Sequence record: SRR20825019_2795 | DNA: 52,334 nt | Reading direction: 5' to 3' (one strand) | Part shown: piece after piece, positions 8,499-15,673 of the stretch | Position numbering within the stretch: position 1 is the first letter of the stretch | Layout: each line of letters starts with the position of its first letter | Position numbers and translations under genes: made by a program | Notes under the pieces: model-generated | Told to the model about the DNA's origin: nothing | Seen by the model: the letters and a program-made list of their open reading frames with translations, nothing else | Database searches by the model: none

Positions 8499-10718
8499 AT
8501 GTTTCGCAAAACCAAGTTGAAAATTGTTTATTACCTCAACGCGGCCTTGATTATCTTGCTGGTTGGCTATCAGATCTACCTGAACCTCTCAGACACAAAA
8601 TATGCTTCACTGCATCTGTCACAGATTGCTGACATTCAGGCACGTCTCGAAGGAAAAAATGCATTTCAATTTATTGTCGCTGGCAATATCAATAATTCCA
8701 CAAGCATTTTCCAGAAACAGTTTATTCCCGAACTGAACCAGTCAGAAGCAGCGTTTCTGATTTCTGCAGGTAATGCCGTCAGCGACGGTGCCGAAGAGAA
8801 CTATCGCTCCTTAATCAAAATGCTGGCTGGTTTGCAAATGCCCTGGCTGCTCACTTATGGGGAGAATGAAGATAGTGATTTTGGCGATTTTCGTTTCTTT
8901 GAGCACTTCGGCCCGCCATTTTTTTCCTTCAATGCTGCCGACAGCCATTTCATTTTTCTTGATAACACAGGTAATACCCCCTACCAGTGGCAACTTGACT
9001 GGCTGGACCAGGAATTAAGCCATTCCCAGGCACGGAATCGGTTTGTCTTTCTTGGCCTGCCGGTCCACCCACAACTGGAAAACACCTCGGCATTTACCAA
9101 GGATAATTATTTCAACAATGTCGAGATAGGCGAGCAATTACACACGCTATTTGAGAAACATCAGGTTGATGTGGTCTTCTCTGCCAATCTGGCTCTTTAT
9201 GCCGAACAGACAATTGATGGCGTTCGTTATGTCACGACCGGAGGCGCTGGCGGTGTCATTGTTGATGACGAAAACAGCTTTCATCATTACACCATGGTTG
9301 ATGTTTCGGCTGGCGAAATCAATATTGCGCCTGTACGCCCCAGCATCAGCCAATCCTCTCTCCATAGAACGCTGAGCAGTATATGGTCAGCTATCTACAC
9401 CTTTTTTTATGTCAGTTTTTCACGGTTTCTCGTCGTGGTCAGTCTATTGATATTAGTCGGCCTTAAACTACGCGAAATTATCTATGAGGAGCGTGACTTT
9501 TATACCCACTTCACCATTGATGACACGCAGTACCGAAATAAACCCAAGCAGATTGCTTTCTTTACGAATAATTATTTCCCTTTTATTTCAGGCGTCACTA
9601 TTTCAATTGAACGACTGGCTCGCGGCCTGCGTGACCGTGGAAACCAAGTCCATATTTTTGCGCCTGACTATGCCGAGGAGAAAGAGTCCGAATCAAACTG
9701 TACCAGGGTAAAAACCCTGTTTGCCTTCGGTAACAAGGGTGAGTTCAGACTCACTAATCCATTTCAGACATCTATCAGGAAAAATTTTCAACGTTTCGCC
9801 GCTGATCTCATCCACGTGCACCACCCATTCTGGCTGGGCTCGGTCGGCTTATGGCTGGCAAGAAGACATCATAAGCCGATTATTTACACCTACCACACCC
9901 GTTTGGAAATGTATGCCCATTATGTGCCGCTGCCCGGGGCACTATTCCGTAATGTTATTTCTCATCTGGTTGTTCGACGATTTTGCAATAAATGTGATGG
10001 CGTCGTCGTGCCTACTTACTCCACTGAAGAGTATCTGCGTTTGATTGGTGTGAAAAGCCGAATTTGTGTGCAGCCTACTGGAGTTGATTTTGAGCGTTTT
10101 AATGTCCCTCACAAATTAAAGCCTTTGGCACTCAAACAAAAGCTTGGAATTGATAATGAACTGGTCCTAATCACTGTCTCCCGTCTTGGCAGAGAGAAGA
10201 ATATAAAATTTCTGATTGATGCTATAGCCAGTCTGGAATCAGATACCCATAGCAAGATACGCCTGCTGATTGCCGGTGAGGGTGATGACCGTCAGTATCT
10301 GGAAAACCGGATTGCGAACCTGGCTATGCATAACACCATCCAACTGGTTGGTGCCGTGACACCAGAAGATATTCCCGCCTATTATCAAATGGCAGACATC
10401 TTTGTTTTTGCCTCCAAGTCCGAAACCCAGGGTATGGTGGTCCTAGAAGCGATGTCTGCCGGCTTGCCCGTGGTTGCTATCCGTTCCAGTGGTATAGATG
10501 ATGTGATCGTGGACGGACGAACCGGTTTCAAAACATTGGATAATATTGAAAAATGGACCGCTAAACTCGAGTTGCTGATTAAAGATGAGAATATGCGTGC
10601 CACATTCTCTGAGCACGCACTGGAATTTGCTAGGCAGCATGACACAGCAGTGTTTGCCGAGAACATGGATCATTTTTACAGTGAAGTCATGGTAAGCTAT
10701 TACCAGCAAGACAAATAA
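8499..10718 (+). CDS. Fusion of a degenerate calcineurin-like metallophosphoesterase domain and a GT4 glycosyltransferase
   Basis: N-terminal TM; phosphoesterase-like fold (FIFLDN..QLDWLDQEL..VDVVFS..YVTTGGAGG); second TM; GT4 with YFPFISGV, YTYHT, SRLGREKNI, SETQGMVVLEAM. Confidence 0.85.
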   Translation: MFRKTKLKIVYYLNAALIILLVGYQIYLNLSDTKYASLHLSQIADIQARLEGKNAFQFIVAGNINNSTSIFQKQFIPELNQSEAAFLISAGNAVSDGAEENYRSLIKMLAGLQMPWLLTYGENEDSDFGDFRFFEHFGPPFFSFNAADSHFIFLDNTGNTPYQWQLDWLDQELSHSQARNRFVFLGLPVHPQLENTSAFTKDNYFNNVEIGEQLHTLFEKHQVDVVFSANLALYAEQTIDGVRYVTTGGAGGVIVDDENSFHHYTMVDVSAGEINIAPVRPSISQSSLHRTLSSIWSAIYTFFYVSFSRFLVVVSLLILVGLKLREIIYEERDFYTHFTIDDTQYRNKPKQIAFFTNNYFPFISGVTISIERLARGLRDRGNQVHIFAPDYAEEKESESNCTRVKTLFAFGNKGEFRLTNPFQTSIRKNFQRFAADLIHVHHPFWLGSVGLWLARRHHKPIIYTYHTRLEMYAHYVPLPGALFRNVISHLVVRRFCNKCDGVVVPTYSTEEYLRLIGVKSRICVQPTGVDFERFNVPHKLKPLALKQKLGIDNELVLITVSRLGREKNIKFLIDAIASLESDTHSKIRLLIAGEGDDRQYLENRIANLAMHNTIQLVGAVTPEDIPAYYQMADIFVFASKSETQGMVVLEAMSAGLPVVAIRSSGIDDVIVDGRTGFKTLDNIEKWTAKLELLIKDENMRATFSEHALEFARQHDTAVFAENMDHFYSEVMVSYYQQDK

Positions 10719-10736
10719 TGTAATGCTTCTATAAAG

Positions 10737-11474
10737 TTAACGCCCCAGACGTTTCGTCAGCCAGAGCAGGAAGCCGAAAAATAAAGCAATCAGTAGAATG
10801 GCGACAAAAAAAGCAGACCATGAAATATTCTGGTCAGAAACCAGCAACCTGCCTAACTGACCGCCAAATGCTATGACAACAACCAGCCCAGGCAACAAGC
10901 CAATAGAAGATCCCACCATATAGCGCCTGAAATCAAGCTTGAATGCACCTGCCAGCATATTGGTCATGGTAAAAGGCGCAATAGGAAGCAAGTTAATAAT
11001 CACCATACTTTTGAAACTATTGTTTTGAATAAAGCTTTCTGCACGACGCACAACCGCACCACCGTGTTTTTCTATGCTTTCACGCCCTACACAATGTCCC
11101 AAAACATAACTTGCCGCTGAAGACATCAGCGAGCCCAGTAAAGCACAAAATATCGCCCATTCAGTCTGGAACAGCATGCCCGTAGTCACAACTAGTAACG
11201 TGAGGGGAAACATCACTGCAAGTAGCACAGTGTAGAGCAAACAGATAATTAACAATCCCCACAGGGAATACTCGAACTGTTGTGCGCCTTTTGCCAGCTT
11301 CAGAACTGAGGCATTACTAATATAGCCCGCATCAATCAAATACCGCCAAAGCAATGTCATAACAAGCAGTGCAATAAAAATCAGGAGGCTACGTTTAATA
11401 GATTGTGGCATCGATTCTTTAAATTTATAGAGTGAGGATGTTTTTTTACTGAAAAAGCCTTTTGAGGCAGCCAC
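10737..11474 (-). CDS. TVP38/TMEM64 (VTT, DedA superfamily) membrane protein
   Basis: MFPLTLL...GMLF, SYVLG, LLPIAPF..TNMLAG, YMVGSSIGLLPG motifs. Start may be further downstream (MPQS). Confidence 0.85.
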   Translation of the reverse strand: MAASKGFFSKKTSSLYKFKESMPQSIKRSLLIFIALLVMTLLWRYLIDAGYISNASVLKLAKGAQQFEYSLWGLLIICLLYTVLLAVMFPLTLLVVTTGMLFQTEWAIFCALLGSLMSSAASYVLGHCVGRESIEKHGGAVVRRAESFIQNNSFKSMVIINLLPIAPFTMTNMLAGAFKLDFRRYMVGSSIGLLPGLVVVIAFGGQLGRLLVSDQNISWSAFFVAILLIALFFGFLLWLTKRLGR

Positions 11475-11619
11475 TTAGTACCAGCATCAAAAGATTAAGG
11501 TTCGCTTTGATCTGCGACGCCTATAGTCCAAATCTGGTATTGTACTGTCCGCGTCAAATGTACTGCCCATACATTTGGCTAACAACTCCCCTTTTCTAAA
11601 GATAGGCAAGACGAAATTT

Positions 11620-11815
11620 GTGACTATTTTACATACTATCTTGTTGGGACTCATCCAGGGCATCACTGAATTTCTACCCATTTCAACTTCCGCTCATTAT
11701 TATGGCCCTGGCTGCCATTCATTTCTCTCTGAAATGGCTAAATCTTTTCGGCATGTGGCCTTGTGTCCTATAGGGCATCCGTCTGGGCTACCGTAATTTA
11801 TTTTTTATTTATTAA
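11620..11815 (+). pseudogene. uppP: Internally deleted undecaprenyl-diphosphate phosphatase remnant
   Basis: GTG at 11620 gives ILLGLIQGITEFLPISTSAH (UppP N-terminal signature), followed at once in another frame by ALAAIHFSLKWLNLFGMWPCVL*, which resembles the UppP C-terminal helix. Confidence 0.78.
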
Positions 11816-11828
11816 ATAAGGAGAAACT

Positions 11829-12803
11829 ATGACGCTTGCTCTGCTCGCCATTCTGGGCGGTTTTATGTTGCTGGTTTGGAGTGCAGACCGCTTTGTGGAA
11901 GGTGCCGCTGCTACTGCGAACCATGCCGGAATGCCTCCCTTGTTAATTGGCATGGTGATTGTCGGTTTTGGTACTTCGGCACCGGAAATGGTGGTATCCG
12001 CAATGGCAGCCCTTGATGGTAATCCGGATTTAGCGTTAGGCAATGGTATTGGTTCAAATATCGTTAATACTGGACTAGTGCTCGGTTTCACCGCACTGCT
12101 TACGCCACTGGCTGTGCACTCTAAAATAGTTCGTCGTGAACTGCCCTTGTTGATAGTGATTGGATTGTTGGCTGGCGCTGTATTCTGGAACGGTAGTTTT
12201 AGTCGCCCTGAAGCCATTTTATTGCTGATTGGTTTTTTTGCCCTCATAGGGTGGTCCATCTTTTCCGCTATTCGAGGCCATGGTGACGCACTCGAGCAGG
12301 AAACAGAGCAGGAGTTGGCAGCCTATCAAATGTCACTCGCTAAGGCTATGTTCTGGCTGGTGATAGGTTTGTTGCTTCTAATCGGCAGCTCTCGTCTGCT
12401 GGTGTGGGGTGCCGTCACTACCGCCCAAGCGCTTGGGGTCAGTGATCTAATCATTGGTCTGACAATTGTTGCACTTGGGACTTCACTCCCCGAACTTGCC
12501 GCTTCGGTGATTGCTGCACGCAAAGGTGAACATGACATAGCGATAGGTAATGTAGTCGGTTCCAACATGTTTAATCTACTCGCGGTTGTGGGGATTGCGG
12601 GTGTTATCAGCCCCATTCAGCAACTTACATCGGAGATCATGACTCGAGACTGGCCAGTTATGATGGGATTGACCTTTGTCCTATTCTTTATTGCTTTTGG
12701 TTTCCGTCAACAAGGCCGCATTAATCGTGTTGAAGGTGGAATATTGCTGCTTCTATTTGCAGCCTACAATGCCTGGTTAATTACTAGCGTGCTCACTTCA
12801 TGA
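11829..12803 (+). CDS. Calcium/sodium antiporter (CaCA, YrbG-like)
   Basis: Two alpha repeats GFGTSAPE...GNGIGSNIVN and ALGTSLPE...GNVVGSNMFN; about 10 TM. Confidence 0.93.
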   Translation: MTLALLAILGGFMLLVWSADRFVEGAAATANHAGMPPLLIGMVIVGFGTSAPEMVVSAMAALDGNPDLALGNGIGSNIVNTGLVLGFTALLTPLAVHSKIVRRELPLLIVIGLLAGAVFWNGSFSRPEAILLLIGFFALIGWSIFSAIRGHGDALEQETEQELAAYQMSLAKAMFWLVIGLLLLIGSSRLLVWGAVTTAQALGVSDLIIGLTIVALGTSLPELAASVIAARKGEHDIAIGNVVGSNMFNLLAVVGIAGVISPIQQLTSEIMTRDWPVMMGLTFVLFFIAFGFRQQGRINRVEGGILLLLFAAYNAWLITSVLTS

Positions 12804-13022
12804 CCATCATGCTCAGTACACCGACACTTCTTTATGGCTATGGTTTGATTGAATGACATGTCATTATTGATAACTATCCACTTTATATAAAGTCGACTCA
12901 TAGACATCGGTTAATACCCATCAAGCAGTATCTATCTGCCTACCCTAATCCGTCTCCTGATAATGAATTGGAAAGTGTGTTTGGGATATTGAAATCGTAT
13001 CTCTGATACAGTTGAACGGATT

Positions 13023-13400
13023 CTTATTATGGCTTCAAGCCAACTTAATTTAATAAGCCAGAAAGACAATGATGTACTTTACAAGATGCCTATTAAAAGT
13101 TGCTGACTTAAAATTCAAAGAGACATACTTGCCCATTAGGTGAGAGCAAAAGCGTCAGTTATCGAATGGGTAAGTATGTAGGGCTTAGACCTGAAAATGG
13201 GAATTTTCAGTTTTAAGCCCTGTAGTCAGCCATACTTTTCTTGGCATCTTGATATTTGTTTCAAAGTGAGCCTTGGCTTGCCGCTTTCTGTCAAATATCA
13301 GCTCCCTATTCACAGCCAGCCTCAATAATTGTGAGCTGAATAACATGGCTCAAGCCAGCTTTTCACTATGCTGAAGGCAACTTAATTTCAGTGGTTGCTG
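13023..13400 (+). ncRNA. Candidate structured RNA (or folded ssDNA element) upstream of the tyrosine recombinase
   Basis: Nested stems: 13082-90/13243-51, 13095-100/13234-39, 13102-08/13224-30, 13123-37/13165-79, 13180-98/13203-21 (GGGA tetraloop), 13250-58/13292-300, plus flanking hairpins; several G-T pairs that work only on the + strand. No ORF. Confidence 0.6.
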
Positions 13401-13403
13401 ACC

Positions 13404-14261
13404 ATGACGCCGAAGACATCACTTGAATATCAGAAGCTAGCTAAACACTTTTTGGCAACCAAAATTCAGGGGGATCTTGGCATTGATAATATCAAGTCAG
13501 CTCTGATTGAACTCGCCTCTCATTACCGCCCGGCATATTGGCGTCGTCTCCGCTGTGCTATTAAACATGCCTTATTCCTCGCTGGTAAAAAAGAGGCGGC
13601 AAATATCATTGGTAACCTCGAAAATCCATTAACCAAAAAAAATACAGGTAATAGCAAAGACATAAAACCAAAGCAAAAGCGCATCAAGTCTGTGTCATTT
13701 GATGAACACATACATCTGATGAAGCACTTCAGAGCTCGCTGTGATGCCTCCATGCTTGGTGCACTTCAAATTGCCTGGCTGGTTGGGTGTAGGCCTGCAG
13801 AAATGCCCTACATTCGCCTTCATGACAACTGTACGGTGTTTATACCCAGCGCCAAAAAAACCGCCGATGGCAAGCGAGGTTTGGACCGGACCATTTCACT
13901 CAACCAAAAGTCATATGATCTTCTTCGTCATTCTATCGCCCTCTTGCACCAAGAGTTGGACTCGATGACGAAAGATCATGTGAAAGGTATGCATCGTATT
14001 CAGAGACGACTTCAAACAGCGACCAGTAAACTCTGGCCAAAAAAACGATACAACATCACCCTGTATTCATACCGCCATCAGATGGGAAGCGAGCTTAAGG
14101 CTTCAGGAATGTCTCGTGAAGCTATTGCATTGATTATGGGCCATCAAGGTATTAATTCGATCGACAAATACGGTGACCGGCGACTGGGAACCGGCAGAGT
14201 CCTTCCCGTTCCTTCTTATAACCTTACTCAAAAGGCCTCAGCTTCAAGTCTTTCAATCTGA
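13404..14261 (+). CDS. Tyrosine-type site-specific recombinase, short (about 285 aa)
   Basis: Catalytic set: R (GCRPAE), K (SAKK), Y-x-x-R-H (LYSYRHQ), H (IMGHQ), Y (IDKYG). ATG at 13404 preferred over TTG at 13395. Confidence 0.85.
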   Translation: MTPKTSLEYQKLAKHFLATKIQGDLGIDNIKSALIELASHYRPAYWRRLRCAIKHALFLAGKKEAANIIGNLENPLTKKNTGNSKDIKPKQKRIKSVSFDEHIHLMKHFRARCDASMLGALQIAWLVGCRPAEMPYIRLHDNCTVFIPSAKKTADGKRGLDRTISLNQKSYDLLRHSIALLHQELDSMTKDHVKGMHRIQRRLQTATSKLWPKKRYNITLYSYRHQMGSELKASGMSREAIALIMGHQGINSIDKYGDRRLGTGRVLPVPSYNLTQKASASSLSI

Positions 14262-14391
14262 GGCAAGTAGGCAATAAAAGCCTTTGCTTTATACCGCTGG
14301 TAATCATCAGCACTAGCGGCACAAACATCATTAATAAACAAACCGAAACGACATCAACTTGAAAAAAGATGGACCGCGATAATCGTCATTG

Positions 14392-14422
14392 TGCTACATT
14401 GACTGCTACAAAAACTGCTACA
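14392..14422 (+). repeat. Three TGCTACA direct repeats at 12-bp period; probable integrase arm-type sites
   Basis: TGCTACA at 14392, 14404, 14416, about 100 bp from the tRNA 3'-end duplication. Confidence 0.7.
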
Positions 14423-14467
14423 AAGAGTATTTATTTAAAAATTTGGACAGTTAGGAATTTTGTTTAA

Positions 14468-14480
14468 TATCAATAACTTG
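14468..14480 (+). promoter_or_regulatory. IHF binding site within the att arm
   Basis: TATCAATAACTTG fits WATCAANNNNTTR exactly and lies between the arm repeats and the att core. Confidence 0.65.
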
Positions 14481-14515
14481 AACAAATAGTAAGTTGCTAT
14501 CGTGTGTGAGTGTGT

Positions 14516-14539
14516 GTTCGATTCCCACCCTCGGTACCA
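14516..14539 (+). mobile_element. attR core: duplicated 3' end of a tRNA (probably tRNA-Leu)
   Basis: GTTCGATTCCCACCCTCGGTACCA = T-loop, T-stem 3' strand, acceptor 3' strand CCTCGGT, discriminator A and CCA. No D-arm, anticodon arm or 5' acceptor strand upstream. Confidence 0.82.
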
Positions 14540-14812
14540 ACTTTCCTTGCAGTACCCCATTCCTTTACAACAAATCCCCTTAGTCATTAAGCCGGAGCCG
14601 TGGGCGACACTTTTGCTCATCGCCCAACAGAGTGCCGCATATCTGCGCTTGTTGAATTATCTGTACTAGCTTAAACGTGACTTTTCTGAGCACTTTTTGG
14701 CTTCAGAAAATACTGCCTTATAATGAAATCCTAGCCCAGATTTCTGCCTGTAGAGTGGCAAAACTTCGAGTTAGCTAGCTAGTTGGCAGGTAGATTTAAC
14801 AGGGGAAAACCG

Positions 14813-15121
14813 ATGAAATATATCTTTCAGGTTCGCATACAGAAAGGACATAGCGCTGAGGAATATGCGGATGCGTGGGTTCGCGCCAGCGAAATTATCC
14901 AGCAGGCTCCCGGAGCCAGAGGGACGGAGTTGCACCGGAAGGTGGATGACCCGAATCTGTTAATTGCCATTGCACATTGGGACAGTAAGGCAGATCGGGA
15001 TGCCATGGAAGCTCAGCATAATCCCGACGTTGCTCACATCATTCGCAGTGCCGCACCGTTTTGCGAGATTACGCCGCTCGGGGAGTTCGAAGATCCGGAA
15101 TGGGTGGTGATGCCGCGCTAA
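14813..15121 (+). CDS. Antibiotic biosynthesis monooxygenase (ABM) family protein
   Basis: About 100 aa dimeric alpha-beta barrel pattern (APGARGTELHR...IAHWDS); ATG at 14813 with GGGGA RBS. Confidence 0.75.
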   Translation: MKYIFQVRIQKGHSAEEYADAWVRASEIIQQAPGARGTELHRKVDDPNLLIAIAHWDSKADRDAMEAQHNPDVAHIIRSAAPFCEITPLGEFEDPEWVVMPR

Positions 15122-15307
15122 TACTCTTCAGAACGCCTGTCAGGATCTGGTGTTTTAGTATCTCTGGTCCTGAAAGACAATAACCGGGAAAACCCTTTTT
15201 AATCGTTTTACAGCTAGATTATAAAAATCTAGCCAGTTTTCGATTCTCCCCCCTGGGGAGCAAATTTATAGAGGTTGTGAACGCCTATCTGCTTAATCTC
15301 AGGAACA

Positions 15308-15673
15308 CTAGACTTTGATTGATTCCAGAAGACTCATCGGGCTGAACGGTTTGACGAAATAAGCGTCTGCCCCTGCTTCACCGCCGACTCGTATATCTTC
15401 TGTCTGGCCTTTCGCGCTGAGTAAGATGATTTTAATATGTTCAGTTTTGGGGTTAGCTTTCAGTCGGCGACAGACTTCCACACCATCCATATCACCAGGC
15501 ATCATAATGTCCAGGATCATCACATCCGGTTCAATTTCCGCCACCATTGACAGGGCATCATTGGCATTCGTTGCTTCAAACAGCTCAAAGTCACTGAATT
15601 CCAATGTCATTTTCAATAGCTCACGCAACGTATCATGATCATCAACGATCAGTAATTTTTGTTTTTCAGCCAT
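15308..15673 (-). CDS. Single-domain response regulator (REC)
   Basis: LLIVDD, LDIMMPG, LSAK, KPF motifs; 121 aa. Confidence 0.93.
   Translation of the reverse strand: MAEKQKLLIVDDHDTLRELLKMTLEFSDFELFEATNANDALSMVAEIEPDVMILDIMMPGDMDGVEVCRRLKANPKTEHIKIILLSAKGQTEDIRVGGEAGADAYFVKPFSPMSLLESIKV

Larger units (their letters stand above)
1..14539. mobile_element. Right-hand portion of a tRNA-integrated genomic island (metal resistance and envelope cargo)
   Basis: attR features, recombinase, pseudogene and accessory cargo to the left; housekeeping-like genes to the right. The left boundary is not seen and probably lies outside the window. Confidence 0.72.

Noticed and set aside
11575-11796. 73-aa ORF as a functional protein
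   Set aside because: It is read-through of the uppP remnant; similarity stops after ...STSAH and resumes in another frame.
13404-14261. Integron integrase, XerC/D or protelomerase assignment
   Set aside because: No attC cassette array, no XerC/D-like LRHSFATH box, and too short for known protelomerases; left as an unclassified tyrosine recombinase.
14460-14539. Complete tRNA gene
   Set aside because: Only the T-loop to CCA is present; there is no matching 5' acceptor strand, D-arm or anticodon arm, so it is treated as an att duplication.
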